DNA from: Candidatus Latescibacterota bacterium
GTDB lineage: Bacteria > Latescibacterota > UBA2968 > UBA8231
Length of the DNA: 64,000 nt
NCBI GenBank assembly: GCA_965203355.1
Contig: OZ241889.1
Coordinates: 1,920,001-1,984,000 of the forward strand
Direction: 5' to 3'
Position 1 is the first letter of the stretch, and every line of letters starts with the position of its first letter. The notes below the pieces were generated by a model. That model saw only the letters and a program-made list of their open reading frames with translations, did no database searches and was not told where the DNA came from. This document shows, one piece after another, positions 38,198 to 47,449 of this stretch. The position numbers and the translations under genes were made by a program.

Positions 38198-39208
38198 TCA
38201 CAATGACTTCCTCGAAGGACGTTTGAGGGAAATAACTCGGTCTTGGATCTGTAGGCCCTCTCGGCGTTTTTTGAGCTTCTTATCGAGTTGGCGCAGCCGG
38301 GCGATGGCCGTGGTAGAATCCACGTCAACCACCTCTATTTGCCCGACTTTTTGCTGCGATGGCCTAGGGCGCCACACATCGAACCGCATGCGCTTTGTCA
38401 GCCCGTGCCAGGCCCCGATGTTTAGCTGGACGTGGGGTTTGCCTTTCCGTTTGGGTAAGACGGCTGCTATGCGGCCCTCTAGCGGCAAATTCGCGTCTAG
38501 GTCGGGTGCGAGATCGTCGGCCAACCCCTTTAACACGCCGCGGATAACGGTGAGATCGCTACTGGGATTCGAGATGAACCAACGCTCGGCGACGTTGAGT
38601 GCGCGTTCTGTGGCGGGATCGGCCATTTGCAAGCGGAGAAGATCGGCTAAAAAAACGCGCGTCAAACCAGGATGCGACGCGCCCGGATACTTCCAAGTAT
38701 TATAAATGAATAGGTGTTGGTCATAAGGTATCACGGCTGATGAGTCGCGCAAGTCCGACCAGAAGATTTTGTCTCGGTGCCGATCCTCCAGCTTGACTTC
38801 AAGTTGACAGACGATGGAAGGCAGGGAAATCACTTCATAGGAACGGTCTGCGCTCGGCCCGCTGTCGTCGAATAGGCCCGGATCCGCATGGTAGTGAATG
38901 ACTTGGTTGTGGTATGTTTTGTGGGCTTTGTTGAACGCGAAGTGAGCGATGTAGTCAATGGATTCTTGCCCCGTGCGGATGCTCGGCAAGCGCACGACGC
39001 GAAAGCGGCCTAAGTCGGCAAAAGCGTCTCCGATCGCGCGCTCGATTTCCAACATCAGGCGGGGATGCTGCTCGGCGAGGTGGACGGGCAGGATCGCTGG
39101 ATCGACGAGATTGGTAAAGACCAAGCCGATGGTGTAGATGTGCGGTTGGGCGTTGGTCGGCTGGCCGCCGAGTGCGAGGGCCACTCCAATGAGAAAGAGA
39201 GACTTCAC
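38198..39208 (-). CDS. Exported hypothetical protein, C-terminal FlgT_C-like beta domain
   Basis: Signal peptide; PLEGRIAAV...VQLNIGAWHGLTKRMRFDVWR...VGQIEVVDVDSTTAIARL. Confidence 0.6.
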   Translation of the reverse strand: MKSLFLIGVALALGGQPTNAQPHIYTIGLVFTNLVDPAILPVHLAEQHPRLMLEIERAIGDAFADLGRFRVVRLPSIRTGQESIDYIAHFAFNKAHKTYHNQVIHYHADPGLFDDSGPSADRSYEVISLPSIVCQLEVKLEDRHRDKIFWSDLRDSSAVIPYDQHLFIYNTWKYPGASHPGLTRVFLADLLRLQMADPATERALNVAERWFISNPSSDLTVIRGVLKGLADDLAPDLDANLPLEGRIAAVLPKRKGKPHVQLNIGAWHGLTKRMRFDVWRPRPSQQKVGQIEVVDVDSTTAIARLRQLDKKLKKRREGLQIQDRVISLKRPSRKSL

Positions 39209-39300
39209 GGGATTAAGTCATGTGCGATTGTTGCGAGAAATCGGTGTATTGTGTCTGCTTAATGATATAACTGGGGCGATCTCGCCGAGCAACTTTTTTC

Positions 39301-39330
39301 TTGACAGCCCTTTGACAGGGGTTTTATTAT
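39301..39330 (+). promoter_or_regulatory. Sigma70 promoter for the rightward envelope cluster
   Basis: TTGACA-18-TATTAT; a second TTGACA at 39312; AAGGAG RBS before 39384. Confidence 0.6.
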
Positions 39331-39383
39331 CAGCCGTTCAGAGCAAATTGCTCGTCCACTTCTCAAGCTAAGGAGATGCAGTA

Positions 39384-40337
39384 ATGAAGAAGCTGACCCT
39401 TTTGGCTGCGATCGCAGCCTTTTGCGTTACGACGCTGGCCCACGCCCAGCCCCCCGTGCGCTACTTCGACCTGCCCAAGTTCACCCAAGCCCCCACGCTC
39501 GATGGCGACCGCATGACAGTCCCGGATGAGTGGGCTGGTGCGCTGGAATTTAACTGCTCGCCGAGCCAGATTCAGCAAGACGGCCAAGAGTTTGGCTGGC
39601 GCAATATCGAGCAGCAATCTAGCGAGGTAAGCACCAACCAGCTCAACGAAAACGGCGAGACCGAAGTCGCGGGTGAAGGCCGCACGGATGCCGATGTTTC
39701 TTCGATGATCTGGCAGGCATGGGACGATGACGCGCTGTACTACATCACCGAGGTTAGCGATAACGTCCGCGACACCGAGGGAGGTGGTGAGGCACATGCT
39801 TGGTGGGAGCGCGATAGCATGTCCCTGTATCTCGATATGAACAACGAGGATCACCCGGGTGGCGACCCCACCGGCGAGTACGTCAATCTGAATGTGGTCA
39901 ACTTCATGGCCGTGCCTTTTGGTGCAAACGATCTGTCCGTCTGCTACATCACCACCGTGCAGAATCAGCGCGTGAATGTCCACGATCCCGAAGCAATTGA
40001 GGGTTTTGAGTACGGTTTCCGCGATGCCGGCGACGAGTTTGGCGACGAAGGGGATGCCGACTACGTGATCGAGGGGCGGATGGAGTGGGACACCTTCTTG
40101 CGCAATGGCAATCTCTTTGAAGCCCCCACGGCTGGTTCTGAGATGGGCTTTACTTGGCTGTTGGTTGACCCGGATGGCGAAGACGCCTATGGCGGTCAGA
40201 TCCAGTGCGTGGCTTGGGCCGGCGGCAATCAGTCCGAATTTGCCAACTATGTCTTTGTGGACACACCGGCTGGTCCATCAGGCACCGCGGTCGAAGAAGA
40301 TTCTTGGGGCCGCGTAAAGGCGACCTTCGTTCAGTAG
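39384..40337 (+). CDS. Secreted acidic CBM9-like (sugar-binding/DOMON-like) protein with TAVE..SWG.VK tail
   Basis: Signal peptide; APTLDGD...EW, WQAWDDDALYYITEVSD, DSMSLYLD, YVIEGRMEW, MGFTWLLVDPD. Confidence 0.75.
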   Translation: MKKLTLLAAIAAFCVTTLAHAQPPVRYFDLPKFTQAPTLDGDRMTVPDEWAGALEFNCSPSQIQQDGQEFGWRNIEQQSSEVSTNQLNENGETEVAGEGRTDADVSSMIWQAWDDDALYYITEVSDNVRDTEGGGEAHAWWERDSMSLYLDMNNEDHPGGDPTGEYVNLNVVNFMAVPFGANDLSVCYITTVQNQRVNVHDPEAIEGFEYGFRDAGDEFGDEGDADYVIEGRMEWDTFLRNGNLFEAPTAGSEMGFTWLLVDPDGEDAYGGQIQCVAWAGGNQSEFANYVFVDTPAGPSGTAVEEDSWGRVKATFVQ

Positions 40338-40368
40338 TCAATAACTTCTGGCTAGACTTGAATAGAAA

Positions 40369-40407
40369 GCGGGAAGTGGGCTTGACGCCTGCTTCCCGTT
40401 TTTTTTT
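40369..40407 (+). terminator. Intrinsic terminator
   Basis: gcgggaagtgggc-ttgac-gcctgcttcccgt followed by a T run. Confidence 0.85.
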
Positions 40408-40491
40408 CTTGACGCGCGCGTTCTGGCAAATATATGTTTTCGCCCGTCAATTTTTAGGTCGCTCAATCAACATGACCCGCAAGGGGTTGTC

Positions 40492-43461
40492 ATGCTGTGT
40501 GTTATAAAGTGCCGTGTTGTCAAGCACTGGGTGGTCTTGTCCGCGCTGATTGGCGCTGGCTTGTTCGCGCCGACGGAGGCGCAGCGTCACCCCGAATCGG
40601 CCGGCCCGCTGCCCTATTACGACCCTTCGCCCGGTACGCCAAAGGATCCCCCGTGGAAAAAGCGTCCTCCCTTCCTGCGCGGTCCACAAGATCGCTACGA
40701 CCGAGGGTTGGGGAGGGCGTTCCTCAACACCGCAGTTAGCGTCCCTTATCTCAACTACGCCGACGAAAAGTACATTGCGTACTACCGCGAGACCGTTGCT
40801 TGGGCTACCCCGTCGGGTCGTCCTCTGAAAACCCGCAATGTGGGTTGGGACCGGATGGGCAACTACATGGGTGGCGGCTATCAGCGTCTGCTGACGATAG
40901 AAGAGTCGCGCAGCGGCAACGACTTTAGTGGATATAGCTACATTGACCACAAGAATCGGTCGTTTCGGATCGGCCACTACACGCACAAGGATTTGCACTG
41001 GACCGCCACGCTGGGCAACGTAGGCACCCAAGGCGGTGCGACGGATATCCGCACCATCTTCACACCGCTCACGCTAGTCAACAGCAAGATGAGTGCGTTG
41101 CGCATGGACATCAACTACAAGGAGCGCGACCGCGCGACGCTGCTCTACTCGCGGGGCGGCGATCACTCCGGTGCCCAGCTATTCTCCAAATGGGCAATTG
41201 GCCAAGAAGGCGACGACGCTTGGGACAACGCGCCAGTGTTGCTTTTTGGCGGCCACTATCAGCGCGAAGTCGGCCGTTTTGCCAGCGTTGGTGGAACGCT
41301 AGTCAACCAAATTATGGCTTCGCCGGATCTGTCGCGCTCCAGTGCTTGGCGCGGCGATTTGCCCTATCAGATGCTCGCTCCTAAGACCATCCGCGTCTTT
41401 GTGGCCGATGACTCGCCCGACGACGCGCGGGCCAATGCCATTGTCTATGGGGTGGACATCGTCCTCGAGGGCACACGCGGTACAGAGCCGATGCGCCTGA
41501 CCAGCCTCGACGACGATCCAGACTACGACCCAATGCTAGAAGCCGGGCCGCCGGAGGGCGGGGCTGTCCACGCGGGCGGCGGGCGCGAAGCCGAGGGCAA
41601 GGTGCCGGTGGTGTACACTTTCGTCCTTCCGGCCGACGTGACGGTGCGCTCGGCGCGCTTTGTCGCAGATGTAGCGGGCGATTATCGGGTCGGCGTCAGC
41701 CAGGTCCACGACTTCTTCAATGTTGATCGCCGAGGCAACGCGGCTATCACCGAGGTGGCTTGGCCCGCTCCCATCGCCAGCGCAGGTGAGCGGGCCATAC
41801 GGCGTCCGTTCAAATGGTACACAGCCGAAGATGAGCAACTCTACTACACCATCATCCGCGCCGATGGTAGCGATGGCAGCGGTGCAAACCGGCGGATGGT
41901 CTCCTTTGACTACGGCATTCCCACCGGGCAGAGCTTGGCCTCCATCAACTATCAGGTCGAGTTAGTGGGGCTGGAAGTCAGTGGCGAGGTGGCGCATAAC
42001 CTGCAAAACTTCATGTTCCCAATCGGCAACAACGAGGGCGTGCGCAGCCGTGAACGCGCCTTGGCGTGGTGGATCAAGGGCGTCAAGGATCTAGCCGGTG
42101 GCCTAGCGCTGGGCGGCGAACTGTACCGCATGGAGCCGAACTACGGCGGCGGCTACGATAGCTATCGCGGCGGCATGGCCTTCCACTACGATGGGCAGCC
42201 GGCCCCCGGCGGCAGAATCTCTACGGTCACCGAGGAGTATCCCCTCCACGAGGACAACGACGATCACGATCGCTTCCCCGACGAACACGTTAGCGATACG
42301 GCTATTGCCGAGCCGCGGACGCTGTATCCGGGTTTCCCCAACGCCCAGGTGTACCCCGGTCTCGACGAGAACGTCGATAACACCCCCGACGTGGACCGCA
42401 ACGAAAACTTCATCGTCGATTGGGAAGAAGCGTTTCTAACCTACGATTCAGAGCCACCCGAATTTGTCTATGGCATTGACTTCAACAACAACAATGTGCC
42501 CGACTTCCGCGAAAACGACGACAAGCCAGACTACCCCTATCCGCGCGACCAAAAGGGCCAGCACATCTTCCTCCGCTACGACCGCTTGGGACGCTGGGGT
42601 GAGTTCGTCAGCATAGGCCGCTACGACAACCGCCAGATCGCTGGCCCGGGCAAGTCCGAGGGAATTTACTTCCGCTACGCCTATGAGGTGGAAAAGCGCG
42701 GAGTTGGTGCGCTGCAAATCAACTTTGACGCCAAGCAGGTCAAAGACGACATCCCGGATCACACCTATGTGTACCGAGTGCCCATTGACGATGTTGAGGC
42801 CATAAACTGGTTTAACGAGCCGGACGGCCCGCCCGAGCGTGCAGGTTTTTGGCGACCGGCAACGCCAGACGAGTTGTCAATGCGCGACAGCTTTGTGCAT
42901 CTCCTCTTTTTCGACAGCACCTATCAAGGCTTTCGCGGCTTCAACCTTGAAAACGGCTTCCTGTGGCAGCGCAACAGCCAAGCCGAAATTGAGTTCAAAG
43001 ACGGCAGCGGACTGTTGCAGCCCCAAGACGTGCGCTCGCGTTTTTCCATGGTCAATAAGATCGACTACACCCATAGCTGGGGTGCCTTCAGCGTTACGCC
43101 TAAGTTGAAGCATCGGACGATCGTTGAGCAGGTCGATAGCGAGGATGCGCCGCGGCAATCGTACAGCGATTTTATCCCCATCGTAATGGGAGAGTACAAG
43201 CTCACGCCCAAGACCAGTTTTCAACTAGGCATACAAGGGCTGCCCTTGCTGCCGTTTAAGCACTGGGATCGCGCCTTTGAGGACGAGACGTACAGCCAGA
43301 CCGATTATATGGTTATGCTGAGCATCACCGCAGACTACTTTGGCATCCGCGACAATTCGCTATTTTTCGGCTACCAGCGTACGCGGCGGGATTTTAGCCA
43401 TGCCGGGCGGTCCGACGCCAAGCAAGGCATCCTCTTCGTAGAGCTGATATCACCCTTCTAA
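40492..43461 (+). CDS. Large exported protein, putative outer-membrane barrel with Asp/Asn-rich Ca-binding-like insert (paralog of 47450)
   Basis: Signal peptide; alternating beta pattern in the C-terminal third; terminal Phe (LFVELISPF); exact start uncertain. Confidence 0.7.
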   Translation: MLCVIKCRVVKHWVVLSALIGAGLFAPTEAQRHPESAGPLPYYDPSPGTPKDPPWKKRPPFLRGPQDRYDRGLGRAFLNTAVSVPYLNYADEKYIAYYRETVAWATPSGRPLKTRNVGWDRMGNYMGGGYQRLLTIEESRSGNDFSGYSYIDHKNRSFRIGHYTHKDLHWTATLGNVGTQGGATDIRTIFTPLTLVNSKMSALRMDINYKERDRATLLYSRGGDHSGAQLFSKWAIGQEGDDAWDNAPVLLFGGHYQREVGRFASVGGTLVNQIMASPDLSRSSAWRGDLPYQMLAPKTIRVFVADDSPDDARANAIVYGVDIVLEGTRGTEPMRLTSLDDDPDYDPMLEAGPPEGGAVHAGGGREAEGKVPVVYTFVLPADVTVRSARFVADVAGDYRVGVSQVHDFFNVDRRGNAAITEVAWPAPIASAGERAIRRPFKWYTAEDEQLYYTIIRADGSDGSGANRRMVSFDYGIPTGQSLASINYQVELVGLEVSGEVAHNLQNFMFPIGNNEGVRSRERALAWWIKGVKDLAGGLALGGELYRMEPNYGGGYDSYRGGMAFHYDGQPAPGGRISTVTEEYPLHEDNDDHDRFPDEHVSDTAIAEPRTLYPGFPNAQVYPGLDENVDNTPDVDRNENFIVDWEEAFLTYDSEPPEFVYGIDFNNNNVPDFRENDDKPDYPYPRDQKGQHIFLRYDRLGRWGEFVSIGRYDNRQIAGPGKSEGIYFRYAYEVEKRGVGALQINFDAKQVKDDIPDHTYVYRVPIDDVEAINWFNEPDGPPERAGFWRPATPDELSMRDSFVHLLFFDSTYQGFRGFNLENGFLWQRNSQAEIEFKDGSGLLQPQDVRSRFSMVNKIDYTHSWGAFSVTPKLKHRTIVEQVDSEDAPRQSYSDFIPIVMGEYKLTPKTSFQLGIQGLPLLPFKHWDRAFEDETYSQTDYMVMLSITADYFGIRDNSLFFGYQRTRRDFSHAGRSDAKQGILFVELISPF

Positions 43462-43468
43462 ACTACAC

Positions 43469-44236
43469 ATGCGACTTATAGCAAAACACATTCGCGTCTT
43501 CCTGTGCTTCGCCTTGGCCGTCGGGGGGTGCGCTACCCTTAGGTCGCTCGAATCCCAGGCAAAGCGGGAGTACTTCATTGACCTGGAGTCGGTCCTGCCC
43601 GATGGCGATACCTATTACATCGATCCGATCGACAGTTCGGTCGTGTGGAGCGAGCAAGGGGTGCAAGTCAAGGTCAAGTTCTACGACGATGCCATGCTCG
43701 ACGCCGAATACGGCACTCAATTCACGCCCTATACGCTCACGGGCGTCGAGATTCCCGGCTTAGACTATACGCCGCCGCTGTGGACCGTTTTTGAAGTAAC
43801 CGTGATCAACCGCACTCGCGAGCGGGTGGAGCTAGATCCCACGCAGACTATTCTGCGCTTGGACGACGGTAGCCGTCTGCTCTGTCGCCAAGGAGTGGGA
43901 GGGTGGTACGACAAGGACGAATTCTTCGACTATTCCTATTTAAAGTGGGGAGGACGAGAAGGTAATGTGCGCTATCACGCCAGCTTGGACCGCGATCCTA
44001 TTTGGGAGAAGAGCGAGTACCACCGGGAAAAGCCCGTGCGCAAAGGGTCCAGATACGTTGGCAAGTTGACCTTTCCACCGCTGCCGGCCGAGACGAAGTC
44101 GTTCACCCTTGAAGTACACGACTTCATTCTGGCCTTTGATCGGTTTGAAGTGGGGTACGGCAATCCGGTGGAATTTACCGACCTGAACTTCCACTTCAAC
44201 GTCGATCACGGAGTGCGTTGGGTGGAGAACAAATAG
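43469..44236 (+). CDS. Hypothetical lipoprotein (paralog of 55278)
   Basis: LAVGGC lipobox; IDP.DSS, PP..TVFEV.VIN.T, GNP.E..D..F.F.VD.G. Confidence 0.75.
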   Translation: MRLIAKHIRVFLCFALAVGGCATLRSLESQAKREYFIDLESVLPDGDTYYIDPIDSSVVWSEQGVQVKVKFYDDAMLDAEYGTQFTPYTLTGVEIPGLDYTPPLWTVFEVTVINRTRERVELDPTQTILRLDDGSRLLCRQGVGGWYDKDEFFDYSYLKWGGREGNVRYHASLDRDPIWEKSEYHREKPVRKGSRYVGKLTFPPLPAETKSFTLEVHDFILAFDRFEVGYGNPVEFTDLNFHFNVDHGVRWVENK

Positions 44237-44237
44237 A

Positions 44238-44894
44238 ATGAAAAAGATGGTAAAATATCTCGGCGTGGTGCTGCTTGTCGGCGCGGCGGCCTGCACGTTG
44301 AAATACGAGGCCCTCAAGGATACTAGTTTGCCCAACCCGCCGTCGCTGCCGGTCAAAATATACATCAAGGAATTTCCGGTCGACAGCAAGGCCAACGTGG
44401 TCGATCCGCGGAGCGCCACTTCGGTCGTTGCTCAAGGAAACCAGTACAGTACTAACGCCCTCGCCAGTGAGGGAAATAAACTGGTGCAAATTACTCGGCC
44501 TTCGCGCATTGAAGATTTGTCTGGGGCCTTGTTGCGCGAACTGCGCCAGGATAAGGTGCGGATCTTCACCCAGACGGATCGGGTCGAGGTGTTAGACGAA
44601 AACAGCGTACGACAAGTACATAATCCCTTCGCGCTCGTCTCCGAGGACTCGGACGAAGCCGACTTAGAAGTGAGCGGCACGGCGCTGATTACCAGTCAGC
44701 GGGTTCGCAAAGTGTTCTCTTCGCAAACGCACCGAGTGCAGATTGAGGTTTCCGTCAAGGATCTCAAAACCGGCAAAGAAAGCAAGAAAAGCCCGGTGGA
44801 TGCCGGCATTGTCATGACCTTCAACTCCAAGGAGTTGGAGGAGGCCCTCGCCATTGCCGTGGTGACCAGTCTGACGCAGAGACTGCTATTCTGA
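44238..44894 (+). CDS. Hypothetical lipoprotein, possibly CsgG/TolB-N-like fold
   Basis: GAAAC lipobox; IYIKEF...ADLEVSGT...IEVSVKDLKTGKE. Confidence 0.6.
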   Translation: MKKMVKYLGVVLLVGAAACTLKYEALKDTSLPNPPSLPVKIYIKEFPVDSKANVVDPRSATSVVAQGNQYSTNALASEGNKLVQITRPSRIEDLSGALLRELRQDKVRIFTQTDRVEVLDENSVRQVHNPFALVSEDSDEADLEVSGTALITSQRVRKVFSSQTHRVQIEVSVKDLKTGKESKKSPVDAGIVMTFNSKELEEALAIAVVTSLTQRLLF

Positions 44895-44895
44895 A

Positions 44896-46554
44896 GTGCT
44901 GAGGCTGGGCGCACTTTTGCTGTTATTTGGCTTCAGTCCGTGTCGCGCTGAATTAAAGACTTGGGTGGTAGATGCGGTCGAAACATTTGCTTTGGGAACG
45001 ACCCAAGGCGTTGAGATACATCCAGATAGTCTCGTCATTCTGGCGCAGTTGGAAGAGGATGTAAACGTGGCCTTAGGACGATTGGTGCTAGACGATTTTG
45101 ACAAGCCTGTGCCCCTAACGGATGGCGCGATTGACCTCGTGCGGAGCGAGTGGATTTCGGGCACCAATCGCGTGTTCGACAAGCGGTTTACCGTCGATCT
45201 CGGGCTGGATCGGGCGATCAAGCGGGTGCGAGTGCTGGCTGGCGAGACAGCGCTGAATCAGCCCGAATATTTCATGCGCGGCTACCGGCTCGAAACCGCC
45301 GCCCAAGCGGCACCGCAAGTCTGGCATCTGTTAGCCGAGCAGCCGGACAATTTCGTCCTCAATGTGGATACGAGCGCGGATTCTACTTGGGCTGCGACTG
45401 ACGAGCGCGGTGCGGTGATCCCGCGCCAGGGTCGCTTCGTGCGGCTGACCCTGATCCGCCAAGACCGCAGCAACTGGGTCGCCCTTGGAGAAATTGAGGT
45501 GTTCGGCGTGGGCTACGTTAGCGAAGGCTTCATAGAGGGTCGCTTCGCTCCGCCTGCTCCAGTCAACGTAGGGCGGATCCGCTGGCAAGCCGAGCGTCCA
45601 GAGCGCACGGGCATTGAATTGCAAGTGCGCGGAGTGGCCGTAGGGGGTGTAGCCGAGCCTTGGGGAAGCGTGGCCGCGTACGCGGACGAGGAATTTTTCT
45701 ACAGTGGAGCCGAGCCGGTCGCGCGGTTGGCGTACCGGGCCAATTTGACGAACTCGGCCCCCTTTGTCAGCCCGGTGCTCAAGCGCATTGCCATTGACTA
45801 CGATCCGGTCTTGGTCGCCCGGCAACTTGAGGCCGAGATCGCGGTATCCGATTCGCTGCGCAAGGGCGAAGAGGCGACGCTGATCTACCGGGTGGAGATC
45901 GCGGCTGGCGTTGGTGATTACGGGGTCGATCTCTTGCGCGTCCAAGGCCCTTTGCTTCGCGTAACCGCCGTGCGCGTCGATGGTCGAGAACTCGTACCGA
46001 CACAAGGCCACACTTGGGGCCCGACGCCCGATCGCGAGGGCATGTTAGTAGAGCTGGCACCTAGCGAGCGGATTAGCGCGATGGCGACCGTTGAAATTGA
46101 GGGGCCAGCGCTCTTTGTGCGCGACAAGACTGCCATGCGCTTTGAGGCTGGCAACAAGGCCCAAGGCGACAGGGACGGCTACGTGAACTGGCAGCAGGGA
46201 CGAGCAAAGCCGGGGGCCACTTGGACGGTACTGGCTGCGGGGGTGCCGCTGCCGCTTTTGGGCGAAGTAAAGGTGCAGCCGCGCCCGTTCTCTCCGTTTG
46301 CCGACGAATATGCGTGCTTTGCCTTTGTGGTCGGCAATATCGAAGCCGGCCGGGAAGTCGTGCTAAAAATTTACAACCTGACGGGTCGGCCAATTCGCCA
46401 GTTGGCGCAGATCGGAAGCGCCCGAACCTATCAGTTCGAGTGGGACGGTCGCGATGCGAGCGGGCGCGTTGTCGAGCCGGGGCTCTATCTGTACGAAGCA
46501 GGGATAGCAGGAAGCGATAAGGCGCGCCGAGGTACTTTTGTGGTGGCGTACTAG
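44896..46554 (+). CDS. Secreted discoidin-like + FlgD-Ig tail protein (related to 18-2081)
   Basis: NVALGR, FTVDLG...IKRVRV, GRFVRL, LGEIEVFG.GY; tail PFSP...IYNLTGRPIRQL...WDGRDASGRVVEPGLYLY...FVVAY. Confidence 0.75.
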   Translation: MLRLGALLLLFGFSPCRAELKTWVVDAVETFALGTTQGVEIHPDSLVILAQLEEDVNVALGRLVLDDFDKPVPLTDGAIDLVRSEWISGTNRVFDKRFTVDLGLDRAIKRVRVLAGETALNQPEYFMRGYRLETAAQAAPQVWHLLAEQPDNFVLNVDTSADSTWAATDERGAVIPRQGRFVRLTLIRQDRSNWVALGEIEVFGVGYVSEGFIEGRFAPPAPVNVGRIRWQAERPERTGIELQVRGVAVGGVAEPWGSVAAYADEEFFYSGAEPVARLAYRANLTNSAPFVSPVLKRIAIDYDPVLVARQLEAEIAVSDSLRKGEEATLIYRVEIAAGVGDYGVDLLRVQGPLLRVTAVRVDGRELVPTQGHTWGPTPDREGMLVELAPSERISAMATVEIEGPALFVRDKTAMRFEAGNKAQGDRDGYVNWQQGRAKPGATWTVLAAGVPLPLLGEVKVQPRPFSPFADEYACFAFVVGNIEAGREVVLKIYNLTGRPIRQLAQIGSARTYQFEWDGRDASGRVVEPGLYLYEAGIAGSDKARRGTFVVAY

Positions 46555-47398
46555 CGTCCTGTTGCTGGCTTTCGTCCCCCCGGTCGGCGCTGCTTTTGAA
46601 TTTTCGGGACGGGGTGCCCAGAGCGCGGCACTCGGTGGCGCTTTCGCCGCGCGCATTCAGACGGCTGAGGCCGTTTGGTACAATCCGGCTGGCAACGCCC
46701 AGCAACAAAAGTGGCAGGCTGGCACGACACACGCGTTGCTTTACCCCGGGTTGGCGCAAAGCCCGGCCCTAAACGGCCTGTCGGTCGCCGGTCCTTTACG
46801 GGGTGGGGGCTTTCAACTCGGCCTTTCGTTTCTCGGGGCCGATGGCTGGGGCGAAGAAGTGATTGCCTTGGGCTACGGACGGCCATTGCACGAGCGATTC
46901 GCCTTGGGCGGCGGCTTGCGTACCAGTACTTGGAAAGCGGGCGATTTATCGCAGCGGGCTTGGCACCTCGATGTGGGAGCGACTTGGGAAGTAGGTTTCA
47001 TTCATCCGCGGGCGTATTTGCGCTTGGCGTTGGTCGCCAAAGGCTTAAACAGGGCCAACATCGCCGCGGGTGGCCAAGCCGCAGGTGAAGGAAAGCCGGC
47101 TGTGGTTGCCGGGGCCTTGCTCAACTGGGCCGGGCGAGAGGTCCTGCTCGACATTGAACACCGCGATGGGCGGACCGAGTTCAGCGTGGGGTACGAGACG
47201 CGGACGGTAAGCCTCAATGGCGCTCGGTTCCGCATGGGTGGGGCCGCAGTGGGTGCGAGTTTTGACGAAAGAGAGCTCAACGTGGGTCTCGGACACAACT
47301 TAAAGCAATGGCATTTTGATTATGCGTATTCCTACCCCTTGCACCTCTCCGGCTATGGAGGCGTACATCGGTTCAGCGTTGGTTATCGCCAGCCCTGA
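46538..47398 (+). CDS. PorV/PorQ-like (FadL-related) outer-membrane beta-barrel
   Basis: GAQSAALGGAFAA...EAVWYNPAG hatch motif; FDYAYSYP..GGVHRFSVGY. Confidence 0.7.
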   Translation: MWWRTSVLLLAFVPPVGAAFEFSGRGAQSAALGGAFAARIQTAEAVWYNPAGNAQQQKWQAGTTHALLYPGLAQSPALNGLSVAGPLRGGGFQLGLSFLGADGWGEEVIALGYGRPLHERFALGGGLRTSTWKAGDLSQRAWHLDVGATWEVGFIHPRAYLRLALVAKGLNRANIAAGGQAAGEGKPAVVAGALLNWAGREVLLDIEHRDGRTEFSVGYETRTVSLNGARFRMGGAAVGASFDERELNVGLGHNLKQWHFDYAYSYPLHLSGYGGVHRFSVGYRQP

Positions 47399-47449
47399 GT
47401 TGGAAGGCAACTGAAGACCGAATCTCTACACTGCATGAGGATAGCTGCC

